DNA from: Candidatus Caenarcanales bacterium
GTDB taxonomy: Bacteria; Cyanobacteriota; Vampirovibrionia; Caenarcaniphilales; Caenarcanaceae
Direction of reading: 5' to 3'
NCBI GenBank assembly: GCA_041737745.1
Contig: JBGSRC010000001.1
Coordinates: forward strand, 18,866-82,865
DNA length: 64,000 nucleotides
The notes beneath the pieces are model-generated. The model did not search any database, had not been told where the DNA came from, and saw nothing but the letters and a program-made list of their open reading frames with translations. The position numbers and the translations under genes are program-made. Shown in pieces: positions 48,520-59,849 of the stretch; the stretch's first letter is position 1; each line of letters starts with the position of its first letter.

Positions 48520-49626
48520 TTACTTAACGGGCTCAAGCACATCATTGATTTTTAACTCTTTTAATTGTTGACTAAGATAACTGTTTTGCTCCAGCTCAAT
48601 GCCCAAGAGAACAGCATCAAGCCGCAACTTAGTAGTGAAACGCACAGCATCACTAGCATCATATTGGGTGAGTTTATCGATAGTACCCTGCAGCTCTTCA
48701 CTTTCTTTGAGTAATTCTGCTTGAATGAGCTTAGTCTGCTTCTCCAAGGAAATCAGCTCATCTTGCGCTTGGGAAATACGATTATCGAAGCTAGTACTAT
48801 CGAGCCTCTTCCACTCAGCATAATATTTATTGGCTTGGTCAAGCGTCTGATTAGCGGGCAGACTAGCCAGATTGTAACGGGCATTTACACCGATAAAAAG
48901 ATTTGGGCTGTCTATCTTGTCATTGATACTTATTCTTTGATTGATACCGGCCACCAGCGCAAAGCCCCAATCATCTTGTTTTTGTAAATCAGTGAGTAAT
49001 TTCTGCAAAGCGACTTCAGCGTTCAAGAGAGTCTCAGCCTTGAAGCGGAGCGTAGAGATCGGCTCAAGCTTATCGATTGGCAACAAAGTCTTTTCCATAG
49101 CCAGCTTAGTCTCTCTTTCCTGAGTCACCAAGCGTTTTACATATGATTGCGCTTCATAGAGAGTGATGATCGTTTCGTTTTGGGCTTGGATTCTCTCTTT
49201 TATTTTGTTGATTTCCTCATCTATTTTGCCTTTAGCTTTGGCAAGTAGCTTGAGCTTGTTGCTCAGGCCATCTCTTTCCACAAAAGGCAGTAGCGAATCC
49301 ACTTGGTTTCTCAGTTCTATGCTTTGCTCATAGATCGAGCATTCTTGCCGGGCTATCTTGAGGATGATGCTTCTTTTCCGAAAATCACCGAGATCTTTAG
49401 AGAGGCCGATCAAAGCCACTACTTCGCCATTGTCGCCACCGGGGAAAGATCTAGCAATCGCTTCTGGCGCAAGCAGCTTGAGCGCTTTTCCTTCGGCTTC
49501 CGTTTTGATATACCGGCAAAACGCTAGTGTTTCATCTTCAAACTCTTCTTTTGCTAAGGAGGGAAGACTCGGAGACACAGCAACGATGGCGGTTAACAGC
49601 TTGAAAAATATATTCTTGGAAATCAA
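48520..49626 (-). CDS. Hypothetical secreted coiled-coil protein (possibly outer-membrane-efflux/OEP-like)
   Basis: Signal peptide MISKNIFFKLLTAIVAVSPSLPSLA, alternating helical-heptad and beta segments. 368 aa. No confident family assignment. Confidence 0.35.
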   Translation of the reverse strand: MISKNIFFKLLTAIVAVSPSLPSLAKEEFEDETLAFCRYIKTEAEGKALKLLAPEAIARSFPGGDNGEVVALIGLSKDLGDFRKRSIILKIARQECSIYEQSIELRNQVDSLLPFVERDGLSNKLKLLAKAKGKIDEEINKIKERIQAQNETIITLYEAQSYVKRLVTQERETKLAMEKTLLPIDKLEPISTLRFKAETLLNAEVALQKLLTDLQKQDDWGFALVAGINQRISINDKIDSPNLFIGVNARYNLASLPANQTLDQANKYYAEWKRLDSTSFDNRISQAQDELISLEKQTKLIQAELLKESEELQGTIDKLTQYDASDAVRFTTKLRLDAVLLGIELEQNSYLSQQLKELKINDVLEPVK

Positions 49627-49696
49627 AATACTAAACTAACCGGTCAGAGAGGCTAAACATAAAATCTCAGAATATCACAACAAGCGCTAGGCTCGC

Positions 49697-51697
<2,001 letters not shown>

Positions 51698-51812
51698 TTA
51701 ATTGATTGATTGGACTTAAAAACTTATTGTCATTCTAGCAGTGAGGTGGGTGAGAAGGCTTTTAGCTTGGGTTAGAGGGTCTGAGCTCACTGAAGACAAT
51801 GGCTCAGCCATG

Positions 51813-52427
51813 CTATTGAGCGAAAATATCAGCGAAAAGTGAACTCTCCAAACGTGTCTCCGAAACTTCCTCTTTGTCAGCCTTATTCAGCTCAGTAACC
51901 TTGCCCTTGGACACAACAGGAGCAAATAAAGCACTGAGTCCCGCCATCCGCTTCACACCGACTAAACGGGAAGTCCAGTATTTATTGCCGTTGAGCGGAA
52001 TCAGTTCAACGCCTTTAGACGAGCTAGAGTGAAACATCAAATCATTTTGCTTATCATCACGCCCATAATAAAAACCAACATGGCTCACTCCATGGCCAGT
52101 ATTGAAAAACAATAAATCACCGGTCTTAGCTTCCTTGAGCGGCACCGAAGACTCTAAAGAACGAAACATATCTTGGCTGCTTCGAGGAAGCTTGGAGCCA
52201 ATGCAAAGCGAATCGACAACGGTCAAAACTAAACCAGAACAATCAAACCCTCCACCACCAGTGCTTCCGTACGAATAATGAGATCCTTTGAATTTGCTGA
52301 ATTGTTTTTGTAAGAGAGCTTGGCACTCTTCAGGGTTGTTGCACTTTGGGGTGAGGCTACCAGCTTTGGCGCCGTTTGCGGTTATCCCGAGTAACAAGAT
52401 GAAAGCAATTGTTAAGTATTTGTTCAT
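51813..52427 (-). CDS. NlpC/P60 family cell-wall peptidase
   Basis: Catalytic Cys motif GGGFDCSGLV and His motif GHGVSHVGFY. Signal peptide starts at MNKYLTIAFILLLG (52427). The ORF extends to 52490. Confidence 0.7.
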   Translation of the reverse strand: MNKYLTIAFILLLGITANGAKAGSLTPKCNNPEECQALLQKQFSKFKGSHYSYGSTGGGGFDCSGLVLTVVDSLCIGSKLPRSSQDMFRSLESSVPLKEAKTGDLLFFNTGHGVSHVGFYYGRDDKQNDLMFHSSSSKGVELIPLNGNKYWTSRLVGVKRMAGLSALFAPVVSKGKVTELNKADKEEVSETRLESSLFADIFAQ

Positions 52428-52666
52428 AGGCAATTGATAAGTAGAATATATGATGCTCAAAAATTTTGCTATGTCTTTCGGTATGAGCATGTGTGGTGCA
52501 TGTCTTAATTCTTTTATTCCCGCTTAGACTCTTCTATATATAGAATGCGGGGACACTTCAATGTGCCAAGAAAAGCGTATTACAAAAGACTTCTCCTAAC
52601 CTGTTCCTTACAAAGACAGCCGCATTGTTACTAATAGTCACTACAAGCTTTACAATGAGTTTTTAG

Positions 52667-53815
52667 ATGCAGTCCACAAAGACAGCCCAAGCTCCCCCAA
52701 GCAAGCCGCAAAGAGCCAAAGTCGGTCCGCTCAGTTTTGACAAGGGGCTTTTTGCCGTGGCGCTTTTCTTGATGGCTTTTGGTCTATTGGTTTTGCTGAG
52801 CGCCTCGGTTTATGAATCAGAGCGCTTGACGGCAAACAGTTCACCGGACTTTCTCTTTCGGGAGCAGGCTTTGGCTATGCTGCTCGGTCTTTTTTGTATG
52901 GTTGGCGTTTCTTTGATCGATTATCGGGTTTGGCGCAATTTGGCTATTCCCCTGCTCTTACTTGCTGGGGCTGCACTTTTGGCTGTGGCTTTCAGTCCTT
53001 TAGGAATCAGTTCTGGAGGGTCAAGGCGCTGGCTCAGGTTAGGCGCTTTTTCTTTGCAGCCTTCTGAGTTCGCTAAGCTGGCCGTGATCGTCTTTTGTGC
53101 CAGTCATCTCACCAGACACAGATGGCAAAGTGTTGCTGGTCTCTTTGGGTTAGCGGCCTGTTTTGGCTTAGTCTTTTTGGTGCTCAAGCAGCCTGATTTG
53201 GGGACTGCCGTTGTGATTTTGCTGTCGATCGCTTATTTGCTTTTGTGTAGCGAGTTCAATTTACTTTTGGCTTTTGTGCTCGGATCAGCTGGCCTAGCCG
53301 GTCTCTGGTTCAATATCCAAAATAGCCCTTATCAGTTTCAGCGCCTCACTAGCTGGCTCAATCCGGAAAAATTCCCGCTCTCCAGTGGCTGGAATTTATT
53401 GCAAGCTCAGTATGCTATTGCTCTGGGTGGACTCTGGGGAGTAGGTTACGGAAACTCTATCCAAAAGCTCGGTTATTTGCCCGTCAGTCACGCTGATTTT
53501 ATCTTTGCGGTGATTTGTGAGGAGCTTGGCCTGCTGGGTGCTTTGATCGTGATCTGTTCTTTCTTGTTTTTGCTCTGGAAGGGGCTGGAGATCAGCTTGC
53601 AGTCGCGTGATGACTTTGGGCGGCTTCTGGGCATTGGGATCACGCTCAGCATTTGCACTCAGACTTTTTTCAACCTAGCTGGCTGTACGGGATTGCTGCC
53701 GGTGACGGGCATGACTTTGCCTTTTATCAGTCACGGCAAGACCTCGGTGGTGGTTTTAGGGTTAATGCTGGGCATTCTGTTAAACTTATCGAAATACAGG
53801 ATAAGGGCAATATGA
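52667..53815 (+). CDS. SEDS family peptidoglycan polymerase (FtsW/RodA)
   Basis: 10-TM protein carrying the FtsW/RodA/SpoVE signature, including the conserved C-terminal ...TGMTLPFISHGKTSV. Confidence 0.75.
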   Translation: MQSTKTAQAPPSKPQRAKVGPLSFDKGLFAVALFLMAFGLLVLLSASVYESERLTANSSPDFLFREQALAMLLGLFCMVGVSLIDYRVWRNLAIPLLLLAGAALLAVAFSPLGISSGGSRRWLRLGAFSLQPSEFAKLAVIVFCASHLTRHRWQSVAGLFGLAACFGLVFLVLKQPDLGTAVVILLSIAYLLLCSEFNLLLAFVLGSAGLAGLWFNIQNSPYQFQRLTSWLNPEKFPLSSGWNLLQAQYAIALGGLWGVGYGNSIQKLGYLPVSHADFIFAVICEELGLLGALIVICSFLFLLWKGLEISLQSRDDFGRLLGIGITLSICTQTFFNLAGCTGLLPVTGMTLPFISHGKTSVVVLGLMLGILLNLSKYRIRAI

Positions 53816-54261
53816 AAATTTTAGGGTTATTCTCACTACTTTTGCTATTTATCGGTTTTTTTGACTTAAAGTCAGCTTTGGCTAAGCCACCCAATACAGC
53901 TAAGCTGATCGTTCAAGCGAGTGAAGCTTTTGCTAGCAGGGACTATACTTTTGCGTTAGGTCTATATAAAAAAATACTGGCGCTGGATGCCAGCGATCCG
54001 CAGACGCAATTCAGTTTAGGTTGTACTTATATAGCGCTAAATGATTTTTTGAGAGCCAGTGAGCATCTGAAAAACGCCATCGAACTGAATCCGGCTTTGA
54101 TTGAGGGTTATTTTGCACTCGCTTACGCATATCAGGCCTTGGGCAAAAAAGATGAGGCCTTGGTATTTTATAGACGTGGGCTTGGACTAGATTTGAATAA
54201 GCCGCTCCCGCGCAATACACTTTTCTCGGAAGTTGTCCTCAATCCCTCACCAGCTGAATAA
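53812..54261 (+). CDS. Secreted TPR-repeat protein
   Basis: Signal peptide MKILGLFSLLLLFIGFF followed by three TPR-like repeats (…ALGLYKKILALDASDPQTQFSLGCTYIALNDFLRASEHLKNAIELNPALIEGYFALAYAYQALGKKDEA…). ATGA overlap with the SEDS gene. Confidence 0.55.
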   Translation: MKILGLFSLLLLFIGFFDLKSALAKPPNTAKLIVQASEAFASRDYTFALGLYKKILALDASDPQTQFSLGCTYIALNDFLRASEHLKNAIELNPALIEGYFALAYAYQALGKKDEALVFYRRGLGLDLNKPLPRNTLFSEVVLNPSPAE

Positions 54262-54273
54262 ACCTTTAATCTC

Positions 54274-56115
54274 ATGCCTTTTGGCTTAAAAAATTTTCTA
54301 ATCGGCCGTCCGCTGGCCAGCGCTGCTTTCAAAGAAGAAAAACTGAGCATTCCGGCTGGACTGGCGATCCTCTCTTCTGATGCGCTTTCCTCTGTTGCCT
54401 ATGCTACGGAAGAGATAGTCTTGGTGCTTGGCGCTGTCTCTATGCACTGGTCTAGCCCGATCTCTATGGTGATCTTGGGCTTGCTCGCTATCGTCATCGT
54501 CTCTTATCGCCAAACGATCAAAGCTTATCCGCAAGGAGGCGGTGCTTATTTCGTCTCCAAGGGCAATCTCGGCATTAATGCTGGTCTTACCGCTGCTGCC
54601 GCCTTGATGATCGACTATATACTCACTGTCACGGTCAGCGTTTCGGCTGGGATCGCAGCGCTTATTTCTGCTTTTCCCGATTTGGCTATGTGGCGAGTAC
54701 CGCTCTGCATCGCTTGCATCATCTTCATTGCTATTTTGAATTTGCGGGGTTTGCGTTCGTCTGGGTCTATTTTTCTCATTCCGACATATATTTTTGTAGT
54801 TTTGATCTTCGTTCTGATCGGCACTGCTCTTTACCAGCAGGCTTTTCAGCTTGGGGGAACTGAGCGAGTAGCCAATCTGAAGGCCATGACTGAGATGGGT
54901 GAAATTCAGTTTTTTCTGGTTCTAAGAGCTTTTTCGGCCGGTTGCACTGCCCTGACCGGCGTTGAGGCGATCTCAGACGGCGTGACTATTTTCAAGGAAC
55001 CGGAATGGGTCAATGCTCGCAAGACTCTGCTCATCATGGGTCTGATCTTAGGGTTCATGTTCATTGGGATCACTTATCTGGCGAATTTTTACTCGGCGCA
55101 ACCCAGTCACGATAAGACACTTTTAGCTGAGCTGGCCGGTCAAATCTTTGGCGTTGGGCATCCGCTTTTCTACGGACTGCAGTTTGCCACTTTGGGGATT
55201 TTGATTTTGGCCGCAAATACCAGCTTTGCCGACTTTCCTCGTCTAGCCAGCTTTCTCGCCAAGGATGGTTTTTTGCCGCGTCAGCTCTCGCTCTTCGGCG
55301 ACAGACTGGTCTTCACCAATGGCATAGTGCTGCTTAGCGTTACTTCTATTCTGCTCGCTATCGCTTTTCAGGGGCAGGTGAGCGCTTTGATTCCGCTCTA
55401 TGCTGTCGGGGTTTTCACCTCCTTTACGCTCTCACAGAGCGGCATGGTTGTGCGTTGGTTCAAGCGGCGTGAGCCGGGTTGGGTGCAGAGTATGCTCGTC
55501 AATGGTCTTGGCGCTATTGCTACGGCATTAGTCTTGGTCGTGATCGTCAGCACCAAATTTCTCAATGGCGCTTGGTTGGTGGTGGTCTGTATACCGCTCA
55601 TGGTGCAGCTTTTTCACCAGATTCATTGGCATTATATCGAAGCGGCCGGTAAGCTTGGCCTGAAGGGCGCTAAGCCCCAGTTTACCCGTTCAAATCCTGA
55701 GCTTCTAGCCAATGTCAAGCATCACGCGATCGTTTTGGTGGGCAGTCTGAACAAAGGAACGATCGCCGCTCTCGACTATGCCCAAGCGATCTCCAAAGAC
55801 ATTGTCGCTATTCATATCAATCTGGGCAATACAGACTGTGACGAGCTCCATAAGCGCTGGAAGGGGTTGGACACACCGGTACCGCTTGTCATTCTCGATT
55901 CGCCGTTTCGTTCATTGGTAGAGCCGCTCGCGGAGTTTGTCAGTAGATTTGAGGCCAGTCATCCGGGGGGCTTTTCGACGATCATCATCCCCAACTTCGT
56001 TACCGGATCGTTTTGGGAAAATTCGCTACATAACCAAACCACTTGGTTCTTGGAACAGGCTCTGAGAAGCAAAAAGAGCCGAGTGATCACAACAGTAAAC
56101 TATTATCTGAAGTGA
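54274..56115 (+). CDS. APC-family amino acid/polyamine permease fused to a C-terminal USP-like cytoplasmic domain
   Basis: 12 TM helices with an APC-like N-terminus (IGRPLASAAFKEEKLSIPAGLAILSSDALSSVAYATEEI). C-terminal ~170 aa resemble a universal stress protein (HAIVLVGSLNKGTIAALDYAQAISKDIVAIHI). 613 aa. Confidence 0.55.
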   Translation: MPFGLKNFLIGRPLASAAFKEEKLSIPAGLAILSSDALSSVAYATEEIVLVLGAVSMHWSSPISMVILGLLAIVIVSYRQTIKAYPQGGGAYFVSKGNLGINAGLTAAAALMIDYILTVTVSVSAGIAALISAFPDLAMWRVPLCIACIIFIAILNLRGLRSSGSIFLIPTYIFVVLIFVLIGTALYQQAFQLGGTERVANLKAMTEMGEIQFFLVLRAFSAGCTALTGVEAISDGVTIFKEPEWVNARKTLLIMGLILGFMFIGITYLANFYSAQPSHDKTLLAELAGQIFGVGHPLFYGLQFATLGILILAANTSFADFPRLASFLAKDGFLPRQLSLFGDRLVFTNGIVLLSVTSILLAIAFQGQVSALIPLYAVGVFTSFTLSQSGMVVRWFKRREPGWVQSMLVNGLGAIATALVLVVIVSTKFLNGAWLVVVCIPLMVQLFHQIHWHYIEAAGKLGLKGAKPQFTRSNPELLANVKHHAIVLVGSLNKGTIAALDYAQAISKDIVAIHINLGNTDCDELHKRWKGLDTPVPLVILDSPFRSLVEPLAEFVSRFEASHPGGFSTIIIPNFVTGSFWENSLHNQTTWFLEQALRSKKSRVITTVNYYLK

Positions 56116-56639
56116 TTTTGGCCAAAAACATTGCGCTCATTGGTCTAATGGGCACTGGCAAGAGTACGCTCGGTTTCAAGCTAGCCTCAGTGCTCTCCAA
56201 GTCTTTTCTGGATAGTGACGCTCTGCTGGAGAGTTTTGCGGGGCAATCTGTGCGTGCTTTCTTTGCAGAACGTGGTGAGCTGGCTTTTCGGGAGCTGGAA
56301 AGTAAAATCTTGCAAACTACTTTTGAGGGAAATCAAGACTTTGTGCTCGGTACTGGAGGCGGCGTAGTCCTAGAGCCAGCTAATAGAGAATTCTTGCGGG
56401 CCAAAGCGCTCGTTGTCTGGTTGCATTGTGACGTTGAGATTCTCGCTTCTAGACTGACCGGTGATGATACTAGGCCGCTTTTGGCTGAGGGCGAGAGGCT
56501 AAATAAACTCCTTGAACTCACTCAAGCTCGAAACCCCCTCTACAAACTAACTGCTCATCATAGTCTGGATACCGGTGCGCTGAGTGAAGCTGAGGCTTTG
56601 GGCGGCCTCCTTGATCTGGTCTATAATCATTCTAAATGA
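56114..56639 (+). CDS. aroK: Shikimate kinase
   Basis: P-loop IALIGLMGTGKSTLGFKLA. About 175 aa from GTG at 56114, which overlaps the permease stop (the ORF begins at 56043). Confidence 0.7.
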
Positions 56640-57925
56640 CTTCCAAACAGCCAGTCACAGACCCCAACAAGCTCCATCAGGAGATTCTACGTCTTCGTGA
56701 CCGCGTGAACTCTTCTGCTGGAGCAGATACGCGCGAGCAGTTAGTGCGTGAGATCATTGCTGGAGTCAAGGCAAACGGCCTCTCAGAGCTGATCTCTCTC
56801 ACCAAAAAAATCGAGAAACTAGACTTTCAACTCTCAGACTTCTTCAAACCATGTGCCGGTCACTTTGAGGCACAAAGTCCAGCAGTGCGCGAAGCGCTGA
56901 TCTTAGCCAAAACGCGCATCGAGGCTTTTCAGAAAGCCAGCATGCCCAATGCTCTTGAGCAAGTTTTCTTTGAGACTGCTGGCCAGATCACTCTCCGTTG
57001 GACTGCTCTAGAGCGAGTGGGGATTTATGTGCCCGGTGGCAATGCTGCTTTGTTTTCTTCACTATTGATGACAGCTATTCCGGCTTTGGTGGCTGGTGTG
57101 CGCGAAATATATATCTGTAGTCCGCCACCGGTCAGCTCTAGTATTTTGGCTGTAGCAGAGTTGCTCGGTCTAGAAGGTGTCTTTCAGATCGGGGGCGCTC
57201 AGGCCATCGCGGCTCTCGCTTATGGTATTTCTGAACTAGACTTGCCAGCTGTAGACAAAATCTGTGGCCCCGGTAACGCTTATGTTGCTCTTGCCAAACG
57301 CCAACTGGCGGGGATAGTCGGGATCGATGCTTTCTATGGTCCTAGTGAAGTGGCTGTGATCGCTGGTCAGGGGGCTAATCCCCAGAGTCTTTGTTTAGAT
57401 CTGATCGCTCAACTCGAACATGGCTCCGGTCTGGAAGCGGCCGTTTTGCTTACTGATAGCTCCGAGATCGCTCATGCTGTCTGCGCGCAGCTTCCGGTTC
57501 TAGCTCAGACTTTCCCCAATCACCAAAGAATTTTGGAGACTTGGGATAGTTTTGGCTTAGTGGGTTTGGTGGCTAGTCTTGAGGAAGCTTGTGAGTTAGT
57601 TGATCTGTTTGCGCCAGAGCATTTGGAGATCAAGGCTGCTCAGGCTGAACAACTAGCCAAATCAATTCAAAATGCAGGAGCGATTTTTATCGGGGGATCG
57701 AACGAGGCACTGGGGGATTATTTGGCTGGCCCCAGTCATTGTCTGCCTACCTGTGGGGCGGCTCGTTATAGTTCTGGGCTTTCTGTTTATGACTTTTTGC
57801 GGCGCCATAGTGTGGTGAATTTGTCTGCTGATCGAAGATTAATTGAGGCTACGGCTATTTTGGCTGAATTAGAGGGCTTGCCTGCTCACGCGGCTTCAGC
57901 TAGAGCTGCACTTGACATTGAATAG
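56636..57925 (+). CDS. hisD: Histidinol dehydrogenase
   Basis: YVPGG, DAFYGPSEVAVIA, QLEHG, and Zn/NAD-binding residues in HisD order. 429 aa. Confidence 0.8.
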   Translation: MTSKQPVTDPNKLHQEILRLRDRVNSSAGADTREQLVREIIAGVKANGLSELISLTKKIEKLDFQLSDFFKPCAGHFEAQSPAVREALILAKTRIEAFQKASMPNALEQVFFETAGQITLRWTALERVGIYVPGGNAALFSSLLMTAIPALVAGVREIYICSPPPVSSSILAVAELLGLEGVFQIGGAQAIAALAYGISELDLPAVDKICGPGNAYVALAKRQLAGIVGIDAFYGPSEVAVIAGQGANPQSLCLDLIAQLEHGSGLEAAVLLTDSSEIAHAVCAQLPVLAQTFPNHQRILETWDSFGLVGLVASLEEACELVDLFAPEHLEIKAAQAEQLAKSIQNAGAIFIGGSNEALGDYLAGPSHCLPTCGAARYSSGLSVYDFLRRHSVVNLSADRRLIEATAILAELEGLPAHAASARAALDIE

Positions 57926-57947
57926 AATCAATCGTTATATATCTCAT

Positions 57948-59735
57948 TCAAGATTCAATCACTTGATAGCCTCTAGCACCTCTATCTATTGCACTCACTT
58001 CATAGCCACTAGCGCTAGTATCTATAGCAAAAGTGAGTCCCATCAAGCTTTTTAGTACTGTTTTGGCTGCTTCTTGGTCATTGGCTTGTTCACCAGAGTA
58101 AGGAATTCCTTTTTCTTTGATTTTTAGTGAGGCAATGCTCTCTTCGCCTGCTTTACTAACAAGGGTGAGGCAGAAAATACCGCTTTCTTCTTTGAAGGTT
58201 AGTTTAGTGGCTTTGAAGAGGGCTGGTGTTGCTGAATCGAAGAGTTTTTTGGCTACTTCATCAGTGCTGGCTGGTTCAAGCAGATTTTTGATGGCGAAAG
58301 CGTAGAAAGCTTGTTCATCTGGGGTTTTTTCGGGGATATTTTTCGCTAAAGTGGTGAAGGCTGTGTAGTTTTCTAGTTTATTGGGGTTGAGGCGAGGGAT
58401 TATATTCTTGTAGAGTTCAGTCCATTTGGATGCAGCGCCTGTTGGTTCTGTGCTTTGGATTAGGGCTGAGACACTGGAACTGACGTCATTTAGGCTTTTG
58501 CCGGTGGCAAATTGATTGATTTGATTGAGGTTTTTCAGGCCATATGATGTATTGTCTTCTGTTGTTTTTGGGGCTAAATAACTTTCAAAACGGCTAAATT
58601 GTTTTGGGTCTGATAGTACTGGCAGAGCGTCGGTTTTAGTTGTGTCTATTCCTTCGAAATATTTCTTGTAGGTGGCGAGTTTTGCTGTTTTCTCTTCAGC
58701 TGAAAGCTTAAGCGGCTCAATGAAGCTGTGAAGCAGAGTATCGGCGATCACCAAGCGCGCTTGGATCGGAACAGTTTCTAGTTTGCTGGGATCTAGATAT
58801 GGCTTTATTTTTTCGCTGGCTAGACGATTTAAGACAAACTGGAGGGGACCGGAATATTCTGGGTTGTCGGTGAAGGTTTGGAGGGCTGCTTTATCAGCAA
58901 AGAGCTTATTTTCGCCTACTAATAGATTTTCAAATTCTGTCAGTATTCCTGTTGTTGGTTCTGTTATTCCGGCAGGCAATGTGATTTTATTTGTTGCTGC
59001 TGGTGTTTGAGTTGTTGTCGGAATTGTGGTTGTGGTGGTGGTTGTTATTGTTGTTGCTGTAGGAGTTTTTATTGTTTCTGTTTTTGTTTCAGTGGTTGCT
59101 AATGGTGAGTTTGTTTGTGTTGAGGTGGTGCTTGGATTTTCGGGGGTGCATTTGCAGGAGGGATCTGCTGTGGGGGTGGTGCTTGTTCCGGAGGAGGTGG
59201 TAGCTTGAGTTTCTTCTTCTTTTGACTTTATTAAGCCATCAGTCAATGCCTTGAATTTTGTTTCATCGTAGTCATAAGAGACTATTTGTTTACCGTCAAC
59301 GTTTCTATTGAATAAAACGGAACCTAATTCAGCTTCTAGTTTTACATTTGGGTTATAAGAATTTTCTGTGGCTCCATCAAAATTGGAGCTGGTCTTAGTA
59401 ACTGTTCTTTTGTCTTCTCCCTTTTCACTCAAAGTCCCTATTCCATAAAGAAACTGGTCAAGTTCAGTCTCGTTTTCAATTAAATAATTTCCTGTTGCAT
59501 TTGAAAAACTATTGAGAACAGCATTGCCATCATTAGCAACATCATTCGTGAAAGCGGCCGTATCGCGAAGAAGTCGATGCTTCAACACCTTAAGATCGAG
59601 AGTTTTGCCTGCAGCAAAGGCTTCTTTTGCTTTTTCTTTGAATTTAGCTATGCCTTTGGTGATTTGGCTCTCTTCCAAAGCCTTATTGAAGGTCTTTAAC
59701 TGCTCAGCGTTAGGGTTGAAGTTGGCTGCGTTCAT
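57948..59735 (-). CDS. Hypothetical Lys/Thr-rich protein with mucin-like poly-Thr/Pro tract
   Basis: Single long ORF, 640 aa to the first ATG at 59870. MNAANFNPN at 59735 is a plausible start. Central tract TTTTTTIPTTTQTPAATNK. No clear signal peptide. AT-rich relative to its neighbours. Confidence 0.4.
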   Translation of the reverse strand: MNAANFNPNAEQLKTFNKALEESQITKGIAKFKEKAKEAFAAGKTLDLKVLKHRLLRDTAAFTNDVANDGNAVLNSFSNATGNYLIENETELDQFLYGIGTLSEKGEDKRTVTKTSSNFDGATENSYNPNVKLEAELGSVLFNRNVDGKQIVSYDYDETKFKALTDGLIKSKEEETQATTSSGTSTTPTADPSCKCTPENPSTTSTQTNSPLATTETKTETIKTPTATTITTTTTTTIPTTTQTPAATNKITLPAGITEPTTGILTEFENLLVGENKLFADKAALQTFTDNPEYSGPLQFVLNRLASEKIKPYLDPSKLETVPIQARLVIADTLLHSFIEPLKLSAEEKTAKLATYKKYFEGIDTTKTDALPVLSDPKQFSRFESYLAPKTTEDNTSYGLKNLNQINQFATGKSLNDVSSSVSALIQSTEPTGAASKWTELYKNIIPRLNPNKLENYTAFTTLAKNIPEKTPDEQAFYAFAIKNLLEPASTDEVAKKLFDSATPALFKATKLTFKEESGIFCLTLVSKAGEESIASLKIKEKGIPYSGEQANDQEAAKTVLKSLMGLTFAIDTSASGYEVSAIDRGARGYQVIES

Positions 59736-59849
59736 GGCTGAATATCCTCTCTCAGAAAAATCAAATCTATATATCAAATATGGAATACCAAGAATAGTAA
59801 AATGACAAGAAAGGATTAAAGTAAAGATATTGAAAATAGCAAAAAACAG

